From Promethearchaeota archaeon Loki_b32 (lineage in GTDB: Archaea; Asgardarchaeota; Lokiarchaeia; Sigyniarchaeales; SOKP01), in the NCBI GenBank assembly GCA_005223125.1, contig NJBH01000025.1:1-55678 (forward strand): DNA of 55,678 nucleotides, read 5' to 3'. Shown piece by piece: positions 28,022-39,196 of this stretch. A program made the position numbers and the translations under genes. How positions within the stretch are numbered: the stretch's first letter is position 1; every line of letters begins with the position of its first letter. A model generated the notes under the pieces. That model was not told the DNA's origin, searched no databases, and worked only from the letters and a program-made list of their open reading frames with translations.

Positions 28022-31000
28022 ATGGAAAAAGTTGGAGCTGTTATGGTTGTAGGTGCTGGAATAGGGGGCTCCCAAACATCACTAGATTTAGGAGATTCTG
28101 GTTATAGAGTTTATTTAATTGAGTCCACAACAAGTATAGGAGGGGTAATGGCTCAATTAGACAAAACATTTCCTACTAATGACTGTGCAATGTGTATAGT
28201 AAGCCCAAAATTAGTTGAAACTGGACGTCATCAAAATATTGATTTAAGTATTAATTGTGAAATTTTAGATGTTTCAGGAGAAGCAGGAAATTTTACAGTT
28301 AAAGTTAAAAAAAAATCTTTATACATCAATCCAGATATATGTACTGGATGTGGGGTTTGTGGCCGAAATTGTCCTGTGGAAGCAATTGATATTTTTAATG
28401 AGGGTATAGCTAGATATGCTGCTACATTTGTAAAATATCCTCAAGCTGTTCCACTCGTTTATGCAATTAATAAAGAATGTTGTATTGGTTGTGGAGTGTG
28501 TGCTGGAGTTTGTAAAGCAAAAGCAGTAGAATATGAACGAGAGGATGAAGAAGTAGATATTAATGTAGGGTCAATAGTTCTTGCTCCTGGATTTGATGAA
28601 TTTATCCCTCAACAAGCTAATAAATATGGTTATGGTAAATATAAGAATGTTGTCACCAGTATTGAGTTTGAACGTATATTAAGTGCAAGTGGACCTTATG
28701 CTGGAAGAGTACTCAGACCTTCTGATGGTGATATTCCAGAAAAAGTTGCTTTCCTTCAATGTATAGGATCTCGGGATTATACGGGAGAAGGGCAACCTTA
28801 TTGTTCTTCTGTGTGTTGCATGTATACAGCAAAAGAAGCTGTGATTGCTCATGAACACCAACATGAAGTAAAACCTACCATTTTCAGTATGGATATAAGA
28901 GCTTATGGAAAAGATTTTGATAAATATATTATTAGAGCTCAAGAAGAATACGGTATCCGGTATATTAGAAGCAGAATTTCTTCGATTACAGAAGTTTCTG
29001 AGACAAAAGATTTAAAACTCCGTTATGAAACTGAGGATGGGAAAGTGATTGAAGAAGATTATAACATGGTTGTCCTTGGTGTTGGATTAAATCCACCAGA
29101 TGATGCAAAATATCTTGCGGAGAAATTTGGAATTGAATTAAACGAATTTGGATTTGCAAAAACGGATGTTTTTAATCCAGTACAAACCTCAAGACCCGGT
29201 ATTTTTGCTTGTGGTGCTTTTTCTCAACCAAAAGATATCCCTGAAACAGTCACTCAAGCAAGCGCGGCAGCTGGATGTGTCCATCAAATATTATACGAAA
29301 AGAGAGGTACATTAATTACAGAAAAAACATTACCCCCAGAAATTTTCGTGGCAGGACAACCTCCTAGAATTGGTGTATTTGTTTGTCATTGCGGAATTAA
29401 TATAGGTGGATATGTGGATGTTCCAGAAGTGACTAGATATGCAAGTACTCTCCCAAATGTTGTTATGGCAGATCGTAATTTATATACTTGTTCTGCTGAT
29501 ACTCAAGGGATAATAAAAGAAAAAATAGAAGAATATCATCTTAATCGAGTTATTGTAGCATCATGCACTCCAAGAACTCATGAACCCTTATTTCAAGAGA
29601 CAATTAGAGAAGCAGGGTTGAATAGATATTTATTTCAAATGGCGAATATTCGCGATCAATGTAGTTGGGTTCATATGAAACAACCTGAGGAAGCTACTCA
29701 AAAAGCAAAAGACCTAGTGAGGATGGCTGTGAATAAAGCAAGGCGATTAGCTCCAATAGATAGAATAAAGTTAGAAGTAACACAAAAATCCATGGTAATT
29801 GGTGGAGGAATAAGTGGTATGGTCGCTGCTCTTAATTTTGCGAGCCAAGAAATCGAAACTCACTTAGTTGAAAAAGAAACAGAATTAGGAGGTTTTGCCA
29901 AACATATTTATCATACCCTTGAAGGAGGAGATGTTCAAGCTTATTTAAAAGATCTAATAGAACAAGTTAAATCTAATAAATTTGTTCATGTATATACTAA
30001 TGCTGAAATAGAAAGTCTAGATGGATATATAGGAAATTTTAAAACTTCAGTTATTCATGGTCCGAAAAAAGAAAGAGCAGAATTTGATCATGGAGCGGTT
30101 ATCGTAGCAACAGGAGCTAAAGAATATAAACCAAAAGAATTTCTCTATGGCCAATATAAAAATGTAGTCTTGCAATCAGAGTTAGAAGAATTATTAAACA
30201 CAGATAGTGTTATTAAGAATAAAAAATCAGTTGTTATGATTCAATGTGTTGGTTCAAGAAACGATGAACATCCTTATTGTAGTAAAATGTGTTGCACAGA
30301 AGCTATTAAGAACGCCTTGTTAGTTAAAAAATTATATCCATCTACGGAAGTTACTATTCTATTTCGAGATATTAGAACATATGGATTTAAAGAAAAATAT
30401 TATAGAAAAGCAAGAGAAGAAGGAATCATTTTCCTTCGATATGATGAAGATAATCCTCCAGAAATTATTACTGAGGACTCTTCATTAAATGTAAAAGTTA
30501 AAACTGCAAAAGCGGGAGACTTATCAATCCCCACAGATTTATTAGTATTAAGTGCTGGAATTGTTGCATCTCACGAGGAAAATGAAGAACTTGCTAAAAT
30601 GCTAAAAGTACCTTTAAATGATGATAATTTTTATTTAGAAGCCCATGTTAAGCTTCGTCCTGTAGACTTCGCTACAGAAGGAATATTTGTTGCTGGATTA
30701 GCTCACTGTCCAAAAACTATTGAAGATTCAATATCACAAGCTAATGCCGCTGTTTCAAGAGCATGTACAATTCTCTCTAAAGATGAAATTGAAGTAGAAG
30801 GAAAAACTGCAGTAATTGATATGTCTCGTTGTATAGGGTGCGGTATGTGTGTAGAGAATTGTGCATATAATGCGATAGAGCTAATTGAAGATAGGCATTT
30901 TGGATTAGTAGCATCAATTAATCAAGCATTATGTAAAGGTTGTGGAGCTTGCAGTGGAAATTGTCGATGTAGTGCCATTGATATTTTAGGTTTTACCTCT

Positions 31001-31036
31001 GAACAAATTTATTCAATGATAACTGCAAGATTATAA
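28022..31036 (+). CDS. hdrA: Large two-module HdrA (1004 aa)
   Basis: LDKTFPTNDCAMC, YCSSVCC, RIGVFVCHCG, YCSKMCC and a C-terminal ferredoxin. Confidence 0.93.
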   Translation: MEKVGAVMVVGAGIGGSQTSLDLGDSGYRVYLIESTTSIGGVMAQLDKTFPTNDCAMCIVSPKLVETGRHQNIDLSINCEILDVSGEAGNFTVKVKKKSLYINPDICTGCGVCGRNCPVEAIDIFNEGIARYAATFVKYPQAVPLVYAINKECCIGCGVCAGVCKAKAVEYEREDEEVDINVGSIVLAPGFDEFIPQQANKYGYGKYKNVVTSIEFERILSASGPYAGRVLRPSDGDIPEKVAFLQCIGSRDYTGEGQPYCSSVCCMYTAKEAVIAHEHQHEVKPTIFSMDIRAYGKDFDKYIIRAQEEYGIRYIRSRISSITEVSETKDLKLRYETEDGKVIEEDYNMVVLGVGLNPPDDAKYLAEKFGIELNEFGFAKTDVFNPVQTSRPGIFACGAFSQPKDIPETVTQASAAAGCVHQILYEKRGTLITEKTLPPEIFVAGQPPRIGVFVCHCGINIGGYVDVPEVTRYASTLPNVVMADRNLYTCSADTQGIIKEKIEEYHLNRVIVASCTPRTHEPLFQETIREAGLNRYLFQMANIRDQCSWVHMKQPEEATQKAKDLVRMAVNKARRLAPIDRIKLEVTQKSMVIGGGISGMVAALNFASQEIETHLVEKETELGGFAKHIYHTLEGGDVQAYLKDLIEQVKSNKFVHVYTNAEIESLDGYIGNFKTSVIHGPKKERAEFDHGAVIVATGAKEYKPKEFLYGQYKNVVLQSELEELLNTDSVIKNKKSVVMIQCVGSRNDEHPYCSKMCCTEAIKNALLVKKLYPSTEVTILFRDIRTYGFKEKYYRKAREEGIIFLRYDEDNPPEIITEDSSLNVKVKTAKAGDLSIPTDLLVLSAGIVASHEENEELAKMLKVPLNDDNFYLEAHVKLRPVDFATEGIFVAGLAHCPKTIEDSISQANAAVSRACTILSKDEIEVEGKTAVIDMSRCIGCGMCVENCAYNAIELIEDRHFGLVASINQALCKGCGACSGNCRCSAIDILGFTSEQIYSMITARL

Positions 31037-31057
31037 CGATAATGAGGTTTTAAAGAA

Positions 31058-31513
31058 ATGACAGAAACAGTATTAGAAGAAAAAAAAATTGATGAGAAAT
31101 GGGAACCAAAGATCATTGCTTTCTTATGTAATTGGTGTTCTTATGCCGGAGCTGATCTAGCTGGTGTAAGTAGGATTCAATATCCGCCAAATATAAGAAT
31201 AGTAAGAGTTCCCTGTTCTGGACGGGTTAATCCCTATTTTATTATAAAGAGTTTGGTTGATGGATGGGATGGTGTAGTCGTGAGTGGCTGCCACCCTGGA
31301 GATTGCCATTATATTAGTGGAAATCTCGTTGCAAGGAGACGATTTGCCATTTTAAAAGAACTTCTTGAGTTTTTTGGGATTGAACCAGGTAGAGTAAATT
31401 TTATGTGGGCTTCTGCCGCCGAAGGAGAACGTTTTGCTGTGCTTATTAGGAAAGTAACCAAAATTGTTAAAGAATTAGGACCAAATACTAAATTTCAAAA
31501 GGAGTGGTGTTAA
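31058..31513 (+). CDS. mvhD: MvhD/FlxD
   Basis: FLCNWCSYAGAD, CSGR and GCHPGDCHY. Confidence 0.92.
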   Translation: MTETVLEEKKIDEKWEPKIIAFLCNWCSYAGADLAGVSRIQYPPNIRIVRVPCSGRVNPYFIIKSLVDGWDGVVVSGCHPGDCHYISGNLVARRRFAILKELLEFFGIEPGRVNFMWASAAEGERFAVLIRKVTKIVKELGPNTKFQKEWC

Positions 31514-31515
31514 AA

Positions 31516-32526
31516 ATGGGAATTGAAACAGATAATAAGGAAATAATAAGCTCAATAAGAGAAAATGCTAAATTGTTGCTCAGTGAAAACCAAGTTGATG
31601 TAATTATTGGATATTCTGAAGGCACTGTGCCTTTAAGTTCCACACCAATTATCATTAGAAAAGAAGAAGATGTAGATAAATTAATTTGGAATAATTTATG
31701 TTATATCAATTTAGCTAGATATTTAGCTCCTTTAATGCCTCAACTTTGTGATTCAGAGGGTAATTCTTTGAAAATTGGGATTGTTGCTAAAGGTTGTGTT
31801 GGTAGGGCAGTAAATCTTTTAGCTGTGGAAAAACAGATAGATCTAGATAACATAAAAATGATAGGATTTAATTGCAATGGAATTGTTAACAGGAGTAAAA
31901 TTGATCTGGAAATTGGTGAAAAGGAGATTCTAGATGTGTCTATATCTGGAGATGATATAATTGTAAAAGGACACAATTGGGAGAAAAAATTTCCTTATGA
32001 TCAATATATTAATGAGTTGTGTAAAGTGTGTCAAATAAAATCTCCTTCTGCTACTGATGCAAATTGCATAGGTGAATGTCAAGAACTAGAATCTATACAT
32101 GATGAATTCTCAGATATTGCTGAGTTTGAATCGAAATCAGCTGATGAGAAATGGGCTTATATTAAAGATGCTTTACAAGTATGTACTCTATGCTACAGCT
32201 GTCGTCAAGCCTGTCCTATGTGTTATTGTAATCTTTGTTTTGTGGATCAAAATATGCCAACATGGTTTGGTAAAACTACTCAATTTACTGATATATTTAC
32301 ATTTCATTTAATACGTGCTCAACATTTGGCAGGTAGATGCGTAGCGTGCGGGGCTTGTTCATCAGTATGTCCAGTTGGCATTGATCTGAATATTATCACT
32401 AGAAAGTTGGAAAAAATTGCGAAAGAAAGATTTGATTACACTTCAGGCCTTAATGCAGAAACTATTCCCCCAATGATGGATTTTAAAATGGAGGATGAAG
32501 AAGAATTTATGTTGGAGGAAGATTAA
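31516..32526 (+). CDS. FlxC/FdhB-like iron-sulfur subunit
   Basis: CTLCYSCRQACPMCYC and HLAGRCVACGACSSVCP. Confidence 0.85.
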   Translation: MGIETDNKEIISSIRENAKLLLSENQVDVIIGYSEGTVPLSSTPIIIRKEEDVDKLIWNNLCYINLARYLAPLMPQLCDSEGNSLKIGIVAKGCVGRAVNLLAVEKQIDLDNIKMIGFNCNGIVNRSKIDLEIGEKEILDVSISGDDIIVKGHNWEKKFPYDQYINELCKVCQIKSPSATDANCIGECQELESIHDEFSDIAEFESKSADEKWAYIKDALQVCTLCYSCRQACPMCYCNLCFVDQNMPTWFGKTTQFTDIFTFHLIRAQHLAGRCVACGACSSVCPVGIDLNIITRKLEKIAKERFDYTSGLNAETIPPMMDFKMEDEEEFMLEED

Positions 32527-32542
32527 AAAGGTGAATTAAGAA

Positions 32543-33604
32543 ATGGATCAAAAAAGATTGAAAAAGGATCAAATTGGAAAATTATATAATGAACTTGTAG
32601 GAGAGTATGACTTTTATGCTCCTATTAATAAAAAAGGAAACATTGCTTTTGAGAAGATTGAAAATCCAGAAGATATTGTTTTGGATTACTTAAATTCAAA
32701 GATTCCACCGAAATCCGTTTTATTTCCTCAAAATGAAGTGTTATTTGAATACACTTTAGATGAAAAAGATGTTGAAATAACTGATAGACAGGATTTAGAG
32801 CAAAAAATCTTGATTTTTGGAATTCGACCGTGTGATGCTTATAGTTTTGAATTATTTGCTAATTTCTTTTCTTTTCATGGAGATTGGAAGGATGATATCT
32901 ATTTAAAGAAAAAAGAAAATACAACACTCATAGGAATCGGTTGTAATACTCCAAAAACTACATGTTTTTGCACATCTGTTAATGGAAATCCTTTCAAAAA
33001 AGATAATATGGATGTATTTCTAACTGATTTAGGAGACACTTATTTAGTTGAAGGAATTAGTGATAAAGGTAAAGGGATGGTTCAAAAGTTATCTTGGCTT
33101 TCTGATGCGTCTAAGGATGATTTGAAAAAAGCTGAAGAGTTAGCAAAAATAGCAGAGGAATCAATAACTACAAAGATAGATGTTGATACTGTTGTAAAAA
33201 ACTTAGAAACATGTTTTGAACACCCGGTGTGGGACGAGATTAGTGAATCTTGTATAGGGTGTGGTTCTTGTGCTTATTTATGTCCAACATGTACGTGTTT
33301 TGATGTTATTGATGAGACTGATCATTATAATAATCGAGGTAGAAGAATTAGAATTTGGGATACATGTCAATCGTGCCTTTATACACTTGAAACTAGCGGA
33401 CATAACCCTCGAGATACTAAAATCCAACGTTGTCGAAATCGTATAATGCATAAGTTCAGCTATTATCCTACAAATTATGATTTATTAGGTTGTGTTGGTT
33501 GTGGTAGATGTGTTTATGTTTGCCCTGCTAATAATGACCTTCGAGTAATATTAGATAAAATAAATAAAATAGAAGAAAAGGAGGATGAGAAAGTAGTTGC
33601 CTAA
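32543..33604 (+). CDS. FlxB/AsrA-like iron-sulfur subunit
   Basis: GIRPCD, CFC, CIGCGSCAYLCPTCTC and CVGCGRC. Confidence 0.88.
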   Translation: MDQKRLKKDQIGKLYNELVGEYDFYAPINKKGNIAFEKIENPEDIVLDYLNSKIPPKSVLFPQNEVLFEYTLDEKDVEITDRQDLEQKILIFGIRPCDAYSFELFANFFSFHGDWKDDIYLKKKENTTLIGIGCNTPKTTCFCTSVNGNPFKKDNMDVFLTDLGDTYLVEGISDKGKGMVQKLSWLSDASKDDLKKAEELAKIAEESITTKIDVDTVVKNLETCFEHPVWDEISESCIGCGSCAYLCPTCTCFDVIDETDHYNNRGRRIRIWDTCQSCLYTLETSGHNPRDTKIQRCRNRIMHKFSYYPTNYDLLGCVGCGRCVYVCPANNDLRVILDKINKIEEKEDEKVVA

Positions 33605-34436
33605 TCCTTATATACCATATATTACTAAAGTGAAATCGATAATATCAGAAAATAAAGTTAATGATATTAAAACTATCGAGTTAGAGTTTAAGAATGAAGA
33701 AGATTACAAAAAATTCGATTATGTTCCTGGACAATTTGCTGAAATTAGCTTAATTGGAAAAGGTGAATGCCCTATAGGGATAGCTTCATCTCCAACTGAA
33801 GAAGGAACTATTAAGTTTACTATTAAGAAAATGGGGACTGTTACATCAGGATTTCATAATTGTGAAGAAGGAGATATAGTTGGGGTAAGAGGTCCTTATG
33901 GAAACGGCTGGCCAGTAGAAGAAATGAAAGGAAAAAATATCGTGGTCATTGGAGGAGGATTTGCATTCTCAACACTCCGATCACTGGTAATTTACTTGCT
34001 AGATGAGAAAAATCGAAAAGATTATAGTAATATTACTGTAATTTATGGAAACCGTGACCCCGGAGAAGTATTATACCAAGAAATATTAGAGGAATGGAAA
34101 AAACGAGATGATATTAAAGTAGTTTTAACCATTGATCGTGAAGCAGAGGGATGGACTGAAGAAGTAGGGTTTGTTGCACCCATTGTTAAAAAGGTTGGCC
34201 CAAGTTCGGATAATGCTGTTGCAGTTATCTGTGGACCACCAATAATGATTAAAACTACAATTGCAGTTATGGAGGAACTAAATTGGGGTCCAGAAGCGAT
34301 TCTCAACAGTCTAGAAGCCAGGATGAAGTGTGGAATTGGAAAATGCGGGCGCTGTAATATCGGAAACAAGTTTATATGTACTGATGGACCCGTATTTTCT
34401 CTTGCTGAGCTCAAAGAACTACCTGATGAATATTAA
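33597..34436 (+). CDS. FlxA/AsrB/PyrK-like FAD/NAD(P)H-binding subunit
   Basis: PGQF, RGPYGNG, CGPP and MKCGIGKCGRC...CTDGPVF. Confidence 0.9.
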   Translation: MPNPYIPYITKVKSIISENKVNDIKTIELEFKNEEDYKKFDYVPGQFAEISLIGKGECPIGIASSPTEEGTIKFTIKKMGTVTSGFHNCEEGDIVGVRGPYGNGWPVEEMKGKNIVVIGGGFAFSTLRSLVIYLLDEKNRKDYSNITVIYGNRDPGEVLYQEILEEWKKRDDIKVVLTIDREAEGWTEEVGFVAPIVKKVGPSSDNAVAVICGPPIMIKTTIAVMEELNWGPEAILNSLEARMKCGIGKCGRCNIGNKFICTDGPVFSLAELKELPDEY

Positions 34437-34485
34437 ATTAATAAAAAAATAATTGTTTAAATTAATAAAAAATAGGTGATAAAAA

Positions 34486-35601
34486 TTGGCCGATATGGCA
34501 ATCACAAAAACCTTTGAAGATTTAATAAAAGAAGTTCATGAACCAGGATTATGTGGAGAGTGTGGGGGATGTGTTAGTTTTTGCTCAGCTGGGGAATTAA
34601 AAGCTATTGAAATGTCGGAATCAGGACCCCCAAAATATATAGATAAAGATAAATGTCTTAAATGCGGTATTTGTTATTTTGTATGTCCTCAAACACATGT
34701 ATTAAACGATCAATTAAATAAGAAATTTAAATATGAAGCTCCTATTGGAAATCACATAAAAGTTGCTTCGTGTCATGCTACTTCTGAAGAACTTAGAAAG
34801 CAAGCTACTGATGGTGGTGCTGTTACAGCAATTCTAAGTTATTTATTAGACAATAAGTTAATAGATGGAGCAGTTGTGTGTAAAAGAAAAGGTCCATTCA
34901 ATAGAGTTCCATTTTTTGCTACAACGAAAGAAGACTTAATAGAAGCCGCTGGGTCTCATTATGACGTTTCGAGTCAGGTTGTTGGATTGGAAAATTATAA
35001 TACTTTTATTGCTGCCAATATTACGTTGAAAAAAGTTATGAGTCCTGATTTATTAAATATAGCTGTTGTTGGAACTCCTTGTCAAATTAATTCAATTAGA
35101 AAAATGCAAGAATTAAGCATACTTCCAGCACATATCGTTAAATACACATTAGGTTTATTCTGTTATTTAAATTTTTCATTTAACGATGAGGATAGAAAAA
35201 TGCTCGAAGAAAAATTTAAGTTTTCATTTGAGGATGTTGATAGTATGAATATAAGGGAAGATCTTATTCTATATTTTAAAAATGATGAGGTATTGCATAT
35301 ACCTTTTTCAGATATATACGAAATTGGACGACCAGCTTGCTTTGCATGCCCTGATTTTGCCAATATTTATTCAGATATATCTTTTGGAGGCCTCGGATCA
35401 GAAGAAAAATTAACCACAGCGATTATTCGAACTAAGATTGGTGAAGAACTCTATAGAAACGCTATAAATAAAGGATATATTAAAGAACCAACAGAATTAA
35501 ATAAACCAAACAAAAAAGATGAAATGCTGGTAAAAATTAAAGAATTCAGTAAGAAGAAAATTGAACGCGCAGAAACCACATTAAAAGGTAAAAAAACTTA
35601 A
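34486..35601 (+). CDS. Second FrhB/FpoF-like subunit
   Basis: CGECGGCVSFC, ATDGGAVT, GTPCQ and LGLFC; paralogue of 23141..24235. Confidence 0.88.
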   Translation: MADMAITKTFEDLIKEVHEPGLCGECGGCVSFCSAGELKAIEMSESGPPKYIDKDKCLKCGICYFVCPQTHVLNDQLNKKFKYEAPIGNHIKVASCHATSEELRKQATDGGAVTAILSYLLDNKLIDGAVVCKRKGPFNRVPFFATTKEDLIEAAGSHYDVSSQVVGLENYNTFIAANITLKKVMSPDLLNIAVVGTPCQINSIRKMQELSILPAHIVKYTLGLFCYLNFSFNDEDRKMLEEKFKFSFEDVDSMNIREDLILYFKNDEVLHIPFSDIYEIGRPACFACPDFANIYSDISFGGLGSEEKLTTAIIRTKIGEELYRNAINKGYIKEPTELNKPNKKDEMLVKIKEFSKKKIERAETTLKGKKT

Positions 35602-35612
35602 ATAGTTAAATT

Positions 35613-36092
35613 TTAAGTATTATTAATTTTCCTCCTACTTTTTTTTTCATTTTCTATACTATAAGTTTCTGCTAAATGTGGTATTAGATAGTATACCACT
35701 ACTAAATAGAGTGGAATTAGTGATAATTCAACAAAAATTGAAATAACAAATGGAAATTTAGGACCTATAAAATCCCAAACTATACCACCTAGAATTGGTC
35801 CAATTACACTTCCTAAGAATGTAAAGAATTCTCCTGTACCTAAGATTTTTCCTCGATGTTCTACAGTGATTCTACTTACAAGATTTTGAAATATTAGACT
35901 AGCAGTAATCATAATAGTCATATCAACTAACGATAAGGCGGCAAAAATCCAAATATTCCCAGAATTAATTAATAACCACGTAACTAAAGCACCCAAGAAA
36001 CTTACAATTGTTATCCCAATTGAAGGCCGAAGTTTATCTACAATTGCGCCTAATTTTGGAGCAAAAAGAGTTGCTAAAATTCCAGTTATTTG
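35613..36092 (-). pseudogene. MFS transporter, C-terminal fragment
   Basis: The frame extends to ITGILATLFAPKLGAIVDKL...HRGKILG...GPILGG; the N-terminal half is absent. Confidence 0.7.
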
Positions 36093-36120
36093 ATAGTAAT
36101 GGATTTACTACTCTTAGTAA

Positions 36121-36270
36121 TTAAAAATAACTTTTCTTATAGTGTTTCCTTGGTTGATTGATTTCTTTAGCCTCTAGTTTTTCTAAGTATCTCTTCTTTA
36201 TAGGTGCTTGTCTATATAGTCTGAAATATTCCCAATCTTCACGTTTCATTTCTAATTTTTCATTCTTCAT
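36121..36270 (-). CDS. Small basic hypothetical protein (49 aa)
   Basis: Manual translation MKNEKLEMKREDWEYFRLYRQAPIKKRYLEKLEAKEINQPRKHYKKSYF*. Confidence 0.35.
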   Translation of the reverse strand: MKNEKLEMKREDWEYFRLYRQAPIKKRYLEKLEAKEINQPRKHYKKSYF

Positions 36271-36366
36271 TTTAAGCGGTTTTGTGTTTTTTTCTTATTG
36301 AATGAAAAATAAAGACTAAGTTATATATTCTTTAATGAGACCAATTTTTATGAATAATCTTTAAAA

Positions 36367-37341
36367 TTAAATTTCAAAGATGTTTCCCGTATTATAGATA
36401 GTGTTATCTAAATCGAGAATAATCTGCCCGCCCGATGCAATTTCTACAGCATAATTTATGCCTTCTAAAACTCTATGCATCATAAATTCATAGGCTCTAA
36501 AACAATCCTCTAGTTGCGGTATATGCTTTTCTGCATAACATTGTGAGATTGCAGGAATTAGTTCTGGAATGAAATCTTGACTTATCATCATCTCTTCAGC
36601 ATCTATATCTGTTTCTTTTGCTAACGTAAAGGGATTATAAACATCCATTTGTGCAAACATTACTCTACAAACAAAAAGTGAAGCCTTAATCTCTTTCATA
36701 ATAAATTTGATTCGATTTTTATCATCGAGGAACTTTTTAAAAGTAATGGCATTGACTATATCTTCATTTGTAATTGTTTTAGAAGTATCCATTAATTTAC
36801 TCACTCTCTCTGACATCCTCTTTGAAGATAACATCAATTTAAGATTCATTTTATTTTTTTTATAATAATCCCTATAAAAAGCGGAAAGAAACGTATGAGC
36901 TCCCAAATGTTCTTGTTCTTCAGAAGAATCTAAATTATAATTAGCCTCTTTAAATTTATCCATAAAATTCTTAATAACCAAGAATTTCAACTTTAATCGA
37001 TGTAAAGCAAAAAATAGACATAATCTAGTCTTAGCGTATGCTTCTACATTTCCCATCCTGAATCTATCATGATGATCTCTTTCATACATAACAATAGGTT
37101 TCAGTTTATTAACAATAATATGGATGAAATATTCAATGATGTGTTCAAGGGGTTCGCAATCTATTACATGGAATTTTTCTATTAATCTTTCGCTAGATGG
37201 TTGACTTTGTGGTAATTCCTTAATTTCATCATAATTATAATATTCAAGAAATAGAGAAGTCAAGGCTTCCATTTCTAGAACAGTTCGACAAGGAATAAAA
37301 ACCCTGTTTAAATCATATAAAATTGGATTGCTTTCTGGCAT
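36367..37341 (-). CDS. Hypothetical helical protein
   Basis: 324-aa ORF with an AGGAG SD; no motif recognised. Confidence 0.7.
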   Translation of the reverse strand: MPESNPILYDLNRVFIPCRTVLEMEALTSLFLEYYNYDEIKELPQSQPSSERLIEKFHVIDCEPLEHIIEYFIHIIVNKLKPIVMYERDHHDRFRMGNVEAYAKTRLCLFFALHRLKLKFLVIKNFMDKFKEANYNLDSSEEQEHLGAHTFLSAFYRDYYKKNKMNLKLMLSSKRMSERVSKLMDTSKTITNEDIVNAITFKKFLDDKNRIKFIMKEIKASLFVCRVMFAQMDVYNPFTLAKETDIDAEEMMISQDFIPELIPAISQCYAEKHIPQLEDCFRAYEFMMHRVLEGINYAVEIASGGQIILDLDNTIYNTGNIFEI

Positions 37342-37890
37342 ATTATAAAACTCCTATTTAATTAAATTTTATGTAATATGGGATAAACCCTCTTTCTTAT
37401 CAAGTAACATTTAAATCTTCATCTATAATAAGTTTATTATTGAATTTACAATGGAAAAATAATTTTTGTTTTCACATTTATGAAAAAAAAAAAATATTTG
37501 AAATTGAACGTAAAATTTGTTGTCCTAAGTGACTAAAAAAATTTAGTTTCTATAAATTTGTACACAATTTGTTATAAGATCATAATATGACGGAAATATG
37601 GTTAGATCGCAATACGTTAATTTACCAATCGAAAACTTTACAATATTTCTTAATTTATTTATAAATCCTTAAAAAATAAGGTAGTTTTTGATTCTTGTTT
37701 AAAAAAATTTATAAATACATAATATATTAGATTATTAAATTTTGTATTTTACACATTAATTGTTCTTTTAAAAACAATTTTTTGATAAAAATATAAAAAT
37801 TAAAATTACCACAAGTAATATAAAAATATAATACACGTAAAAATATAATCCAAAATAATTAAAATTAAAATTAAGAGCTGAATTAGAAAT

Positions 37891-39036
37891 ATGGCAGAGG
37901 AAGAAAGCTTTTTAAACGCAAAAGCCCTGGTTGTTGACAATGGAACCGGAATCTCCAAGAATGGATTTGCTGGTGAGGATCAACCAAGGTCAGTCTTCCC
38001 TACACTAATTGGATATCCTAAGTATGAAAGCATCATGACTGATGTTGAGCATTATACTCGGGAATACTATATTGGTGAGGAAGCTATGCAATTAAAAGGC
38101 GTTTTAAAGTTAATGTTCCCTGTTGAACATGGTATCATTGAAGACTGGACAGCTATGGAGAAAATCTGGCATTATACATTTTATACTGACTTGCGTATCG
38201 ATCCAAGTGAACATCCAGTTCTCTTAACAGAAGCACCATTAAATCCACGACCAAATCGTGAGAAAATGGCTGAAATTATGTTCGAGACTTTTAATACTCC
38301 TGCTTTGTATGTAGCGATGCAAGCAGTATTGAGTCTTTATGCTTCTGGTCGTACTACCGGATGTGTTATAGATATTGGTGATGGAGTTTCCCACGTTGTA
38401 CCAATTTTCGAGGGATTCGCCTTAAGCCATGCTATCCAGAGAATCGATCTAGCAGGCCGAGATATTACAACCTATTTACAGAGGTTATTAAGGCAGAAAG
38501 GGTATTCTTTCACAACATCTGCCGAAAAGGAGATTGTGAGAGATATAAAAGAGAAACTTTGTTATGTTGCAATTGACCCTGAAAAAGAGATGATGTTGAG
38601 TAAGAAGGTTGCTGGAATGGAGAAAAGCTACATGCTTCCTGACGGAGAGACCATCAACGTTGGTGTAGAGCGATTTTTAGCACCAGAATGCTTCTTTAAC
38701 CCAAGCGTAATCGGTAAAGAATTAGAGCCTCTTGATGATGTAATTGTTGGTGCCATTTCAGAGTGCGACGTTGATTTGCGACGGGATCTCTATAGCAATA
38801 TCGTTCTATCGGGCGGGAGCACTATGTTTCCGGGGATCAAGGAAAGGTTAACGAAGGAGATAAAGGAACAAATCCCAGAGAGCGTAGACGTCAAAATAAT
38901 TGCCCCACCTGAGCGTATGTATTCTGTCTGGATTGGTGGCTCAATTTTGAGTTCATTAAAGACATTCCATCGAATGTGGGTCACAAGACGCGAATATAAG
39001 GAGATGGGTCCACAAGTCATCCACCGATGCTTCTAA
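37891..39036 (+). CDS. Lokiactin (Asgard actin)
   Basis: [48 protein letters not shown] and [10 protein letters not shown], ending in HRCF. Confidence 0.97.
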   Translation: MAEEESFLNAKALVVDNGTGISKNGFAGEDQPRSVFPTLIGYPKYESIMTDVEHYTREYYIGEEAMQLKGVLKLMFPVEHGIIEDWTAMEKIWHYTFYTDLRIDPSEHPVLLTEAPLNPRPNREKMAEIMFETFNTPALYVAMQAVLSLYASGRTTGCVIDIGDGVSHVVPIFEGFALSHAIQRIDLAGRDITTYLQRLLRQKGYSFTTSAEKEIVRDIKEKLCYVAIDPEKEMMLSKKVAGMEKSYMLPDGETINVGVERFLAPECFFNPSVIGKELEPLDDVIVGAISECDVDLRRDLYSNIVLSGGSTMFPGIKERLTKEIKEQIPESVDVKIIAPPERMYSVWIGGSILSSLKTFHRMWVTRREYKEMGPQVIHRCF

Positions 39037-39196
39037 AGTGTCAAATATGTTTACCAAAAATCGAACAGGAATAAATATTTTAAGTTTTTTATTTTTCTTT
39101 TTTTATAGTAATCTTACAGAATAGATTTATACCTATTTTATCATATGTGATTAATTAAGGTAGTGTTGAAAAATTTAGGATTGGTAAACACTTAGA

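Noticed and set aside
24248-31513. Selenocysteine recoding in HdrA/MvhD (selenoprotein families in Lokiarchaeia and methanogens)
   Set aside because: All relevant positions are Cys codons (DCSIC, DCAMC, CNWC, GCHxGDCHY), the ORFs have no in-frame TGA, and no SECIS was evident.
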